Shown here: piece after piece, positions 23,642 through 33,614 of the stretch | How the letters are laid out: every line of letters starts with the position of its first letter | Numbering within the stretch: the stretch's first letter is position 1 | NCBI GenBank assembly: GCA_033764315.1 | Contig: JANRJA010000018.1 | Span: forward strand, 17,496-81,495 | Source of the DNA: Oculatellaceae cyanobacterium bins.114 | Lineage (GTDB): Bacteria > Cyanobacteriota > Cyanobacteriia > Elainellales > Elainellaceae | Length of the DNA stretch: 64,000 nucleotides | Direction: 5' to 3' | The notes under the pieces: model-generated | Told to the model about the DNA's origin: nothing | Databases searched by the model: none | Seen by the model: only the letters and a program-made list of their open reading frames with translations | Position numbers and translations under genes: made by a program

Positions 23642-23983
23642 AGGATTTACAAAACTTTATTTACTTCCTTAATCATAGTATGACAGGGCTGAGTGGGGTG
23701 GAGAGGAGGTCACGCAATAGCAACTGAAGGGGTTTAGATCCAGGGGTTTAGATCCCTGAGTTCTCGTTGAAGGTACCTTTAACACGATGTCTGATGGACA
23801 TCCCCAAAACCTGGAGATCTGGAATAGTCGTAGATCGTGTCTTGCGTCAGGGTGGGTCATGATATGGCTCCCTATTTAGGGCTACCTCACGAGAGAGTAC
23901 TGTTACAAAAACGAGATTTCATTCCTGCTTGTTGTTAATACGCTAAAATCCACAAATAGCCGTGCTACCGCATTTTCTGTCGT

Positions 23984-26900
23984 ATGCAAATTCTTCACGG
24001 TACGTGGATTCCTCAAAGCGATGAGGAATTTATTCAACAAGGGGCTTTTTATCTGTGGGTTGAGACAACGGAGCGCAAGCGGTTTCACAAAATCAGCCAG
24101 CGACATCCCCGACAACGGGTTAAGGCAGATTTGGCTGCGTTATTGACTCAAGAACTAGGCATCCAACCCCCTGGCGATCGCAAGTTAGAAGATTTGATTT
24201 CGCCGCGCTATTTTTTGTTGCCGACAGTTGATGCTCAACCGTTACCCTCTTTGGAGTTGTCTCGGTATTTGGAGGAAGAACTCCCGGACACCTTTGAGTT
24301 TCAATATTGGCAGGTGGATTGCTATCAAACCGTTGCCTCTGCTAAACAGGGAGGCTACGTCAACAATGTGATTAGCTTACTCAATGACCTGCATTTCATC
24401 GCATTGCACAACCTGGCAGACATTCAACTAGGGTCTGATCTGCTGTTTTGGTTTCACTTTACTCAAGCGATTAAGCGCATCATTCTCAAAGATCAATATA
24501 TTCCAGCGTTAAAGTATCGCGAACTGGAACCGCCAAAGCCCTCTGGAACGAAGCGTAAATCTACCAAAGCAACGACCCAGGCACCTGCCCCGGATCCCAC
24601 CACCCCTAAAACTCGCCGCAGTTCCTCACGTGGTACCACCCCTCAGATGGCTAAAACCACTCGACGAACGCGATCGGCAGGGATGGCAAAGAAGACTTCT
24701 GCGGCTACAAAAACCATTGATGTATCGGTTGCCTCAGCCGAGAACGGCAAGTTTGAGATTTATCCTAGTTGGGAGTTTATTGGTGAAGAATACGAAGCCA
24801 CGATTCAACAGTATGTGGAGTACATGCCGTTGATCTGTGTGGCGGGGTTTGCTGAACCGCGCGATCGCCCCGAATTCTACGATCGCTCTACGCTGTTGCG
24901 TCACTTTTCGGAGTGTTTGCTCACCGATATCGTCACCCATACTCCCACCACTCAGACCTATGAGAAAACAATCGCTGATACGCTGCTCTACAGTTGTTTG
25001 CATCTAACCAATCGGCCTGGGACAGGGGCACCTCAATTAGAGCAATATCAACAGTGGCAGGTATGGCGCGATCGCATTCTGCGAACTCAGACCGATCAGC
25101 CCTTTTATCTTTGCTTTCAACTGAAAGACCCAGCAAAACCTGAAGATGCCTGGGAACTTCAGTTTCAAGTGGCCCCTAAACATGACCCCTCTCTGCGAGT
25201 GTCGTTGCAAGACTATTGGCGCATGCGTCCTAAACAGCAAGCACAGGTCAAGAACGAGCTTGGAGAAGGCTTTGAGCAGCATTTGCTGATGAATCTCGGC
25301 TATGCAGCCCGCATCTATCCGACGCTCTGGCAAGGATTAGAAACCGATCAGCCTGTAGGGATTGCCCTCGATCTGGATGCGGCGTTTACCTTCCTCAAAG
25401 AGTCTGCCTGGGTGTTGGAAAACGCAGGCTATAAGGTAATCGTGCCTGCCTGGTGGACACCCAAAGGGCGACAGCGGGCCAAAGTGCGGCTCAAAGCCAA
25501 GGGTAAATCGCTCACCGGGGGAGAAGACAAGAGCAAGAAATACTTCTCGTTTGAAAGCCTGGTGGAATATCAGTACGAACTGGCAATCGGGGGTGAAACC
25601 GTCAGCGAACAGGAATGGAATCAACTGGTCAATGCTAAAACCTCTCTGGTCAAGTTCCGGGGGCAGTGGATGGAACTCGACCAGGACAAGATGAAGCAAA
25701 TGCTGGAGTTTTGGAAGACTCAGCAACAAGAGAACCCAGAGTTGAGCTTGCTTGACTTCCTCAAACTGACCTCTGACCAGGATGACAACTTGGATATCGA
25801 GGTCGATCGCCATGATGCTCTGTCTGATATGTTGTCAAAATTGGGTGACAAGAGCCAGCTGCAACCGATCGAAAACCCTCAACAGTTACAGGGCAATCTG
25901 CGGGAATATCAAAAGCGAGGAGTTTCCTGGTTGCACTATTTAGAGCAGCTTGGCTTGAATGGGTGTCTTGCAGATGACATGGGATTGGGTAAAACCATTC
26001 AGGTGATTGCCCGACTGTTGCAGGAACGGGAGATCGCTCAACAAAATCGGGTCAAAAATATTCCACCCACTCTTTTAATAGCCCCAACTTCAGTGGTGGG
26101 CAACTGGTATCGGGAGATCCAAAAGTTTGCCCCTGACCTCAAAGCGGTCGTACATCACGGCACTCAACGAGCAAAGGACACCAAAGACTTTAAGCAAATT
26201 TGCCGCGAAAACGATTTGGTGATTACGTCGTTTACCTTGGCTCGTAAAGATATTAAGTTGTTAGGCGAAATTCAGTGGCACCGCATTGTGCTAGATGAAG
26301 CGCAAAACATTAAGAACCCTAAAGCAGATCTAACCAAATCTATTCTCAAACTCTCGGCTCCGCACCGACTAGCGTTAACGGGAACCCCGGTCGAAAACCG
26401 TTTACTTGATCTCTGGTCCATCTTTAACTTCTTAAATCCTGGTTATTTGGGCAATCAAACCCAGTTTCGCCGCAATTTTGAACTGCCGATTCAAAAAGCC
26501 AATGATGTGCGCCAATCTGCCACGCTGAAAAAGCTGATTGAGCCATTCATTCTCCGGCGGGTCAAAACGGATCAGTCCATCATCAAAGATTTGCCTGACA
26601 AAGTTGAGCAGAAACTTTACTGCAATCTGACGAGAGAGCAAGCTTCTCTATATGAAGCGGTGGTGAAAGATGTTGAGGAAAAAATTCAAACCCTGGATGG
26701 CATTCAACGCAAAGGGTTGATTCTAGCGACACTGACTAAATTGAAACAAGTGTGTAACCATCCAATGCAGTTTTTACAAGATGGGAGTGAGTTTACACCA
26801 GAGCGATCGCACAAGTTGACTCGTCTCAGTGAAATGGTCGAAGAAGTGATGGATGAAGGTGAAAGTTTGTTGATTTTTACTCAATTTACAGAACTGGGTG

Positions 26901-27349
26901 AAGCCTTAGAAAAGTACTTGCGACACAGCTGTCATCACAACACCTACTACTTGCATGGAGGCACCTCTCGCAAAAAACGAGAGCAGATGATTAGTGAATT
27001 TCAAGACCCTGAAACAGAACCTTCTGTGTTTGTTTTGTCGCTTAAAGCGGGGGGTGTAGGAATTACGCTAACCAAGGCTAATCATGTGTTTCACTTTGAT
27101 CGTTGGTGGAATCCGGCAGTTGAAGATCAGGCAACCGATCGCGCCTTTCGGATTGGTCAGAAAAAGAATGTGTTCGTTCACAAGTTTGTGGCAATGGGCA
27201 CGTTGGAGGAGCGGATCGATGAAATGATCGAAGACAAGAAAAAACTAGCAGGGGCGATCGTAGGGGCAGATGAATCATGGCTCAGCGAGTTAGATAACGA
27301 CGCCTTTAAAAAACTAATCGCTTTAAACAAGAGTGCCATCATGGAATGA
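23984..27349 (+). CDS. SNF2-family (DEAD/DEAH) helicase-like ATPase
   Basis: LADDMGLGKT, LDEAQNIKN, LTGTPVEN, SLKAGGVG, WWNPAVEDQATDRAFRIGQ. Confidence 0.95.
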   Translation: MQILHGTWIPQSDEEFIQQGAFYLWVETTERKRFHKISQRHPRQRVKADLAALLTQELGIQPPGDRKLEDLISPRYFLLPTVDAQPLPSLELSRYLEEELPDTFEFQYWQVDCYQTVASAKQGGYVNNVISLLNDLHFIALHNLADIQLGSDLLFWFHFTQAIKRIILKDQYIPALKYRELEPPKPSGTKRKSTKATTQAPAPDPTTPKTRRSSSRGTTPQMAKTTRRTRSAGMAKKTSAATKTIDVSVASAENGKFEIYPSWEFIGEEYEATIQQYVEYMPLICVAGFAEPRDRPEFYDRSTLLRHFSECLLTDIVTHTPTTQTYEKTIADTLLYSCLHLTNRPGTGAPQLEQYQQWQVWRDRILRTQTDQPFYLCFQLKDPAKPEDAWELQFQVAPKHDPSLRVSLQDYWRMRPKQQAQVKNELGEGFEQHLLMNLGYAARIYPTLWQGLETDQPVGIALDLDAAFTFLKESAWVLENAGYKVIVPAWWTPKGRQRAKVRLKAKGKSLTGGEDKSKKYFSFESLVEYQYELAIGGETVSEQEWNQLVNAKTSLVKFRGQWMELDQDKMKQMLEFWKTQQQENPELSLLDFLKLTSDQDDNLDIEVDRHDALSDMLSKLGDKSQLQPIENPQQLQGNLREYQKRGVSWLHYLEQLGLNGCLADDMGLGKTIQVIARLLQEREIAQQNRVKNIPPTLLIAPTSVVGNWYREIQKFAPDLKAVVHHGTQRAKDTKDFKQICRENDLVITSFTLARKDIKLLGEIQWHRIVLDEAQNIKNPKADLTKSILKLSAPHRLALTGTPVENRLLDLWSIFNFLNPGYLGNQTQFRRNFELPIQKANDVRQSATLKKLIEPFILRRVKTDQSIIKDLPDKVEQKLYCNLTREQASLYEAVVKDVEEKIQTLDGIQRKGLILATLTKLKQVCNHPMQFLQDGSEFTPERSHKLTRLSEMVEEVMDEGESLLIFTQFTELGEALEKYLRHSCHHNTYYLHGGTSRKKREQMISEFQDPETEPSVFVLSLKAGGVGITLTKANHVFHFDRWWNPAVEDQATDRAFRIGQKKNVFVHKFVAMGTLEERIDEMIEDKKKLAGAIVGADESWLSELDNDAFKKLIALNKSAIME

Positions 27350-27384
27350 TCAAAACACTCATCTCATGACTTTTGTGATAATGC

Positions 27385-28038
27385 GTGAACCGATGGAAAC
27401 CAGTTATGAACCCTGATTTACTTGATCGCCTCAAAGACCACCCTGATTTGCTCTCAGATGAGACTGATCAGCAATACACAATTACAAACGTGAGCTGGCA
27501 GGCATACGAAGCTCTGTTAGCCGATCTAGAGGATGATTTTCCAGGGTTGCGGGTTCACTATTGTGAGGGAACGCTTGAGATCACCATGCCAGGGCGCAAA
27601 CACGAAGTTTTTAAGGACAACATTGGTGGGTTGCTGAGAGCCTATTTTGAGGAAACCCGGACTCGATTTTATGGATTAGGTTCAACTACGTTTAAGGTAG
27701 AAGCAAAACGTCGGGGGGCTGAACCGGATGTTTCCTTTTGTGTGGGCACTGATAAGGAATTTCCCGATATTGCCATTGAGGTGGTGCAAACCAGTGGCGG
27801 CATCGATAAGTTAGCAGTTTATCTGGGGCTAAATGTTCCAGAAGTCTGGTTTTGGCAACATGGAGCCTTTCGGGTCTATCATCTGCGGGGCGATCGCTAT
27901 GAGTTGGGCGATCGCAGTGAGTTTCTCCCCGATTTGGATTTAACTTTACTGGCAACTTATGTCCAATCGCCAGAGCCCCTGGATGCCGTCTTAGAATTTC
28001 GCGCTGCCATTCGCAATTTGTCTGGAGGAAAGCCATGA
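27385..28038 (+). CDS. Uma2-family PD-(D/E)xK endonuclease-like protein
   Basis: GAEPDVSF, PDIAIEVV, VPEVWFW; stop overlaps the SWIM gene start (ATGA). Confidence 0.9.
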   Translation: MNRWKPVMNPDLLDRLKDHPDLLSDETDQQYTITNVSWQAYEALLADLEDDFPGLRVHYCEGTLEITMPGRKHEVFKDNIGGLLRAYFEETRTRFYGLGSTTFKVEAKRRGAEPDVSFCVGTDKEFPDIAIEVVQTSGGIDKLAVYLGLNVPEVWFWQHGAFRVYHLRGDRYELGDRSEFLPDLDLTLLATYVQSPEPLDAVLEFRAAIRNLSGGKP

Positions 28039-28868
28039 GCCAGTTTAGCCGCACCTGGTGGGGACGAAAATTCATTGAGGCATTGGAAGCGTTTACCGAT
28101 TCGGGGCGATTGAGTCGGGGTCGCTCCTACGCCAAAAACGACAAGGTCAAGAGCTTTGAGATTGTGGATGGCATTGTCACCGCTAAGGTACGCGGCTCCG
28201 TGAACCCCTATTACGGTGTTTATAAGGAACCGCTCTACACGACCACGATTGAGTTTCAACCGATTAGTTCTGCCAAGTGGTCAGCGGCGATCGCCCTAAT
28301 TGCCTCAAAAGCCAGCCTGATTTCGCGATTACTGTTGAACGAAATTCCCGAGGATATTGAGGACTCCTTCAAAACCCTGAAAATCAACCTGTTGCCCCAT
28401 AGCCGCAAAGACTTTGATACAGAGTGCTCATGCCCCGATTGGGAAAATCCCTGTAAGCACATCGCTGGGGTCTATTACCTGATTGCCGCTGAACTTGACC
28501 GCGATCCATTTTTGTTGTTTGAATTGCGCGGTTTATCTCGTCAAGACCTGCATAAAGAACTGGCAAAATCTCCTTTGGGGCTTGCCCTCTCAGCCGAACT
28601 GTTGTTAGAACAGCGATCGCCCGAATCTCGTTCCTCTTATCACACACGACCACAAACTGTTTCCGCAGAAGCGATCGCCGGATTGCGTGACTTTTGGCAT
28701 GGAGCTAAGCGGCTACCCCAAACGATGGAACCGCTACCTGAAACGCTGGTTTCTGGCATTCCCGTCAAGAAACAGGGTGATTTCCCTGCTTTTTGGAGTC
28801 GTGATAATTCCTTTATTGAGGCAATGGAAACGCTCTATGAACAAGTGAGAAATAAAGGTTCGTTGTAG
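28035..28868 (+). CDS. SWIM zinc-finger protein
   Basis: CSCPDWENPCKH; RLSRGRSY N-terminal motif typical of SNF2-associated SWIM proteins. Confidence 0.9.
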   Translation: MSQFSRTWWGRKFIEALEAFTDSGRLSRGRSYAKNDKVKSFEIVDGIVTAKVRGSVNPYYGVYKEPLYTTTIEFQPISSAKWSAAIALIASKASLISRLLLNEIPEDIEDSFKTLKINLLPHSRKDFDTECSCPDWENPCKHIAGVYYLIAAELDRDPFLLFELRGLSRQDLHKELAKSPLGLALSAELLLEQRSPESRSSYHTRPQTVSAEAIAGLRDFWHGAKRLPQTMEPLPETLVSGIPVKKQGDFPAFWSRDNSFIEAMETLYEQVRNKGSL

Positions 28869-28874
28869 GTGGCT

Positions 28875-29528
28875 CTATCTGGATGTCTGAAATTGGGCAC
28901 GTAAGGCTTGCACTGCTTCAATTTCATCTTCTTTAGCGTGCGCCAAGAACTGATACAGCCACTCTTTCGGCACTGGTGGAAAAGTAGGACTGACTTCAAG
29001 TTCGACGTAAACGCCTGCCTGAAGCTGATAAATTCGCCAGACCTGACCATTGAATCGCCAAAACTCAGGCACACCAACGGTGGCGTAAAACCGATTTTTC
29101 CGAATATCGGTATGGGTAATATCCACTTCAACCACTAAATCGGGTGGTGGATCATGAGCAAAATCGACATGGCGACCTTTAACCAAGGGTTGATTTTGAA
29201 TGTAGTAGGCGTTGTCGGGTTCGGCTCCCTTTTGAAAGTTGGGATAATTCATCGTCGTTGAACCTATCGTTTTAACCCGCATTCCCAAGCACTCAATCAG
29301 TGTGACAATGAAGCGTTCAATTAAGCTGCGATAGAATTCATGATCTTCTAAGGGCGTTGTAATTTCTAACATTCCCTCGTCGTAGGTAAGGCGAGAACTA
29401 CGTGCTTGAGGCAGGGCATCTAAAATTTGCAGGTATGCCTCCCAGGACACGCCTCGAATCACCACCCGCTGTTCGCCAATGGGGGCGCGTTGTAGCTCAG
29501 TTGTGGGTTCGGGTGCTGCACTAACCAT
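28875..29528 (-). CDS. Uma2-family endonuclease-like protein
   Basis: GAEPDNAYY, PPDLVVEVDIT, GVPEFWRF. Confidence 0.9.
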   Translation of the reverse strand: MVSAAPEPTTELQRAPIGEQRVVIRGVSWEAYLQILDALPQARSSRLTYDEGMLEITTPLEDHEFYRSLIERFIVTLIECLGMRVKTIGSTTMNYPNFQKGAEPDNAYYIQNQPLVKGRHVDFAHDPPPDLVVEVDITHTDIRKNRFYATVGVPEFWRFNGQVWRIYQLQAGVYVELEVSPTFPPVPKEWLYQFLAHAKEDEIEAVQALRAQFQTSR

Positions 29529-29572
29529 CGGGAATGCCCTGAAAATGCTAGAACCTTGCCATCTATTATGAA

Positions 29573-30880
29573 TTATCCCTCACTCGATTGGCTCTCTAAC
29601 GGTGGAGCTACTTTGAGAATGCCGCGATCGCTATAGATGGGTCGCAACACCTGTCTAACTTGAGGTAAGTGTCTGACAAAAACAATAGAGCCAACGATGC
29701 AAGCTACTCCACCGATCGCCACCGTATTGGCTGCTCCGATTGAGTTCGCTAGACCTCCCGCGTAGAGGCTGCCAAAGGGAATCGTTCCCATAAAACACAT
29801 GGCATAAAAACTCATCACTCTGCCACGTTTGTTGTCATCCACAATCGTTTGAATCAGGGTATTGCTGGAGGCAGCTTGCAAGATCGAACTAAATCCGGCG
29901 ATCGCCATCAACCCCAGTGATAGCCAAAACACAGGGCAAAACGCAAATAGGATTAAACTACTTCCCAAGATCATCGGACTCCAGGCAATCAGCTTGCCCA
30001 ACCCCAACACGGTCGTGCGCGTACTCAGGTATACGCCTGCTAAAAAAGCCCCCAATCCAGAAGCAGCCGTCAGAAATCCTAACGTAGTGGCATCTCCCTG
30101 GAACACTTCGACTGCAAACACAGGCAATAGGGTCAGATAGGGCATCCCCATAAAACTCATCAATGCCAATAACAACAGCGTCGAGCGGATCGGCAAAAAC
30201 CTGCAAACGTAAGAAAATCCCTCCTTCAAGGTTTTCCAAATTGGATGAGATATACCAGCGGAAGCGTTGGGTTGAATCTGCATCGACAGCAACATCGCAG
30301 TGACCGCCACATAACTCACCGTGTCGATCAAAAAGCAACTGCCCGCCCCAATCGTAGCAATCAAAATCCCCGCGATCGCAGGGCCAATGAGACGCGCACC
30401 ATTGATGAGAGAGGCATTTAGGGCGATCGCATTGGTCAAATCATCCCGGCTCTCTAACATCTCAACCACAAATGCCTGACGCACCGGAACGTCTAACCCG
30501 CGCAACAAGCCAGAGAGGGTGCTGAGGATAATTAAGAGCACCACATTGAGTTGGTCAAATCCATAAAGTAATGTCAAAGCCAAGGACAAAATAGTGCCAA
30601 TAATTTGCACCCAAATCAGCAAATGATAGCGATTCCAGCGATCGGCTAAAACTCCTGAAAAGGGTGCCAGCACAAAAGTAGGGAGTTGCCCCAAAAAGCC
30701 AGCTAATCCTAGTAAAAAAGCAGAACCCGTTAGTTCATAGATTAACCAGGCGATCGCCACTTGGGTCATAAAAGTGCCGATCATCGACAGGCTTTGTCCG
30801 ATGAAAAACAGGCGATAATTGCGCGATCGCAAGGCCGTTAAGACAGGCAGCTTCAGCGTCAGAATCGGTTTATTTGGCAT
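29573..30880 (-). CDS. MFS transporter
   Basis: ALRSRNYRLFF and GVLADRWNR motifs; about 12 TM segments. Confidence 0.9.
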   Translation of the reverse strand: MPNKPILTLKLPVLTALRSRNYRLFFIGQSLSMIGTFMTQVAIAWLIYELTGSAFLLGLAGFLGQLPTFVLAPFSGVLADRWNRYHLLIWVQIIGTILSLALTLLYGFDQLNVVLLIILSTLSGLLRGLDVPVRQAFVVEMLESRDDLTNAIALNASLINGARLIGPAIAGILIATIGAGSCFLIDTVSYVAVTAMLLSMQIQPNASAGISHPIWKTLKEGFSYVCRFLPIRSTLLLLALMSFMGMPYLTLLPVFAVEVFQGDATTLGFLTAASGLGAFLAGVYLSTRTTVLGLGKLIAWSPMILGSSLILFAFCPVFWLSLGLMAIAGFSSILQAASSNTLIQTIVDDNKRGRVMSFYAMCFMGTIPFGSLYAGGLANSIGAANTVAIGGVACIVGSIVFVRHLPQVRQVLRPIYSDRGILKVAPPLESQSSEG

Positions 30881-30962
30881 TCAAAAAAAAAGCAAAAGGC
30901 AGAAGGCAATAGGAATAAAGAGGTAACGTGACCAAGCCCAAGACCAATGATGACTGACCCCA

Positions 30963-31784
30963 TCACGTTTTCTGATATCCCGGATGCCATTCCAACCACT
31001 TGTATTCTAAGTATCGAGCCGCAGAGTCAGCAAACTTACCCAACAACGCATACAAAATGACGCAGAGCATCACCACATCGGTTCGCAAAAACTCCCGTGC
31101 TTCGGTAGCTAAAAAGCCAATGCCAGAATCAGCCGCCACTGTTTCAGCCACAATAATCGTCACCCAAGTCACGCCTAAGGAATGGCGAAACCCAATCAAA
31201 ATAGAAGATAGCGCACCAGGGAGAATCACCTGCCAAAACAGGTTCCAAGAGCGGAGCCCATAGACTTTTGCCACCTCAATCAACTCTGGATCAATATTGC
31301 GAACACCATGAAAGGTGTTCATGTAGATGGGAAAAAATACGCCGATCGCCACCAAAAATAGCTTCGATTCTTCGTGAATCCCAAACCACAAAATTGCCAG
31401 GGGCACCATTGCCAGATTGGGAATATTCCGCAGCATTTGCATCGATGCATCTAAATATTCTTCAGCACTGGGTAACATGCCGTTGATTAATCCCAACAAG
31501 AAGCCAAATCCACCTCCTACCAGGAATCCAACAAAGGCACGTCCTGTGCTGACTGCCATGTGATGCAACAGTTCACCACTAACTAATAGAGCGATCGCCG
31601 CACTCAATACCGTGCTGGGGGCAGGCATTAACTCAACGCGGAGCAACTGTAACCGTGCCAAGATTTCCCACAGCAGCAAAATGCCAACGGGCACAATCCA
31701 GGGTTTAATGCGCCGAAACCACCGTTTTGAAAATATTTGGCCGATTTTTGGATGAGCTTGTGAAGCTTGTTTTGCTAAGGTCAT
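30963..31784 (-). CDS. sulfonate-type ABC transporter permease (SsuC-like)
   Basis: RNIPNLAMVPLAILWFG, IVAETVAADSGIG. Confidence 0.88.
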   Translation of the reverse strand: MTLAKQASQAHPKIGQIFSKRWFRRIKPWIVPVGILLLWEILARLQLLRVELMPAPSTVLSAAIALLVSGELLHHMAVSTGRAFVGFLVGGGFGFLLGLINGMLPSAEEYLDASMQMLRNIPNLAMVPLAILWFGIHEESKLFLVAIGVFFPIYMNTFHGVRNIDPELIEVAKVYGLRSWNLFWQVILPGALSSILIGFRHSLGVTWVTIIVAETVAADSGIGFLATEAREFLRTDVVMLCVILYALLGKFADSAARYLEYKWLEWHPGYQKT

Positions 31785-31896
31785 TTGGCTGAATTCAATC
31801 TAAAACGGTTTGATGTGGCTGTAGCAAACGCTAAAGGGCTTTCCCATTGCTCCTGTGGATATGGTCTGCCCTTTAACTCCCGTTCCCAGCGCAGAA

Positions 31897-32150
31897 GCCT
31901 ACTCTGTGTACACAAGTCCTCTTAGCCCTTAAATCCCCCTAACTTTGGGAGACTTTGAGCCTTTGCCAAAGGTCTTGCCCCCACCCGAAACACCCGGACT
32001 TGGAACCGATGCGAAGCGCGTTTTTGGTTGAACCGAAACACCGTCTGCTAGGGGGTTTGGGGGAGACTCCCCCAATGCCTGGTTTTCACATGCTTGCAAC
32101 AACCCTGCACCTAGTTTGGAAGGAAACAGAGATCTGTGTACACGGTAGGC
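31897..32150. mobile_element. MITE-like non-coding element with terminal inverted repeats
   Basis: Left end GCCTACTCTGTGTACACAAGTC; reverse complement of right end GCCTACCGTGTACACAGATC; internal hairpin TTGGGGGAGACTCCCCCAA. Confidence 0.6.
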
Positions 32151-32176
32151 CCAGAAGTTTACGGGTATCAGACAAG

Positions 32177-33211
32177 CTATTTCTGATAAACCCACTCGTC
32201 AAAGGGAAACTCAGACTTGACAATATCTTCCGCAATCAGAAATGCCTGAGTTTTGCGCAGACGCTCGACTCCATCAGCCGGTAGTGGCTCTGCGGGATAA
32301 AGACTAATAGGTGAGGTGAACTCTGATACATCCAGTGGTTGCTTGTTAATCTCACTGACAAATTGGTAGTAAGCCTGAGGTTGAGATTTAATCTCTTGGG
32401 TCGCACGAGCGATGATTTCGTACCACTTCTCAACAAACTCAGGATGTGCTGCCAAAAAGGCTTCACTGGCTGAAGTCACGTTTGAGCCGACCAGATCCCC
32501 ATGATTGGCTGCTTCATCAATCACCGTAAACCCCTGCGATTTCAACCGAAATGCTAAGGCACCTGTGGCAGCATAGGCATCAATATCTCCCCGTGTCAGT
32601 GCTGCTTCGCCTTCACTGTTAGTCAAGTTAACCAGTTTGACCTGATCCGTTAATCCGGCTTCATCTAGCAAGCCAACCAGATAACGATGGGGAATTGCCC
32701 CCACCCGAACCCCAACCGTTTTGCCTGCTAAGTCTTGAACCGATTGAATGCCACCCTCTTTGCGGGGCACCAGATACACATTAATGCCGCTCTGGTTGAT
32801 GTTGATTAAGCGAGTCCGCAAGCCATTCGTTTTGCCCACGATCGCCGGAGTATCGCCATTCATTGAGAGATCCACTTCCCCTGCGGCAACCGCTTCGTTG
32901 ACCCCAGGGCCGCTGTCAAACCCGTAAAATTCGACTTCCCCAATGCCAATCTCTTGCAGCTCATCGTCTAAATAACCTTGGGTTTCTGCCCAGCCAATGG
33001 GACCAATCGGCACATTGCCCCCATCCGCAGCCGTAAAGCCAATGCGCAGTGTCACGTCTTCTGTCGCTACAGGGCTGGCTGGCGTATCACCAGAACTGGC
33101 ACTTGGAGTCGTTGGAGCTGGGGTTGAGCATCCCGTCACGAGTAACAATAGGGAGGCTACTGCTCCTGATAAATAAACTGGAACTGAATACGATAAACGC
33201 GCTGTCACCAT
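32177..33211 (-). CDS. sulfonate-type ABC substrate-binding lipoprotein (SsuA/AsfC-like)
   Basis: Lipobox VTGC; GPGVNEAVAAGEVD, GDTPAI, SVQDLAGKTVGV. Confidence 0.8.
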   Translation of the reverse strand: MVTARLSYSVPVYLSGAVASLLLLVTGCSTPAPTTPSASSGDTPASPVATEDVTLRIGFTAADGGNVPIGPIGWAETQGYLDDELQEIGIGEVEFYGFDSGPGVNEAVAAGEVDLSMNGDTPAIVGKTNGLRTRLININQSGINVYLVPRKEGGIQSVQDLAGKTVGVRVGAIPHRYLVGLLDEAGLTDQVKLVNLTNSEGEAALTRGDIDAYAATGALAFRLKSQGFTVIDEAANHGDLVGSNVTSASEAFLAAHPEFVEKWYEIIARATQEIKSQPQAYYQFVSEINKQPLDVSEFTSPISLYPAEPLPADGVERLRKTQAFLIAEDIVKSEFPFDEWVYQK

Positions 33212-33263
33212 TGGTTGAGATCCTCCTGAATGATTAATTGGGATGGAATAGTTTGAAGACCAC

Positions 33264-33614
33264 TCAGCTCATGCGAGTGTTTAATTCCTGTAAATAACGG
33301 TGGGTGTAATACGAGGTGTCGATCGCCGCTCCCGATGTTCGTCCTTTGCCCCAACCGACAATCTCGCGATAGCTGCCCAACAGCCCCGATTCGACTAATT
33401 CAGCTTCATCTACGGGCACTGACTGTTCAGCATCGTGAGCCACATAGAGAGCATCCACCGGGCAATAGACCTCGCACATAAAGCAGGTCTGACAATCGCT
33501 CTGACGGGCGATCGCAGGGGGTGCATGAGGCACGGCATCAAACACATTCGTCGGACAAACGCTGACGCAGAGATTACAACCAATGCAGCGAGAGGCACTG
33601 ACGAGTTCAATCAC
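33264..33614 (-). CDS. 2x[4Fe-4S] ferredoxin (AsfB-like)
   Basis: CIGCNLCVSVCP and CQTCFMCEVYCP. Confidence 0.9.
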   Translation of the reverse strand: MIELVSASRCIGCNLCVSVCPTNVFDAVPHAPPAIARQSDCQTCFMCEVYCPVDALYVAHDAEQSVPVDEAELVESGLLGSYREIVGWGKGRTSGAAIDTSYYTHRYLQELNTRMS

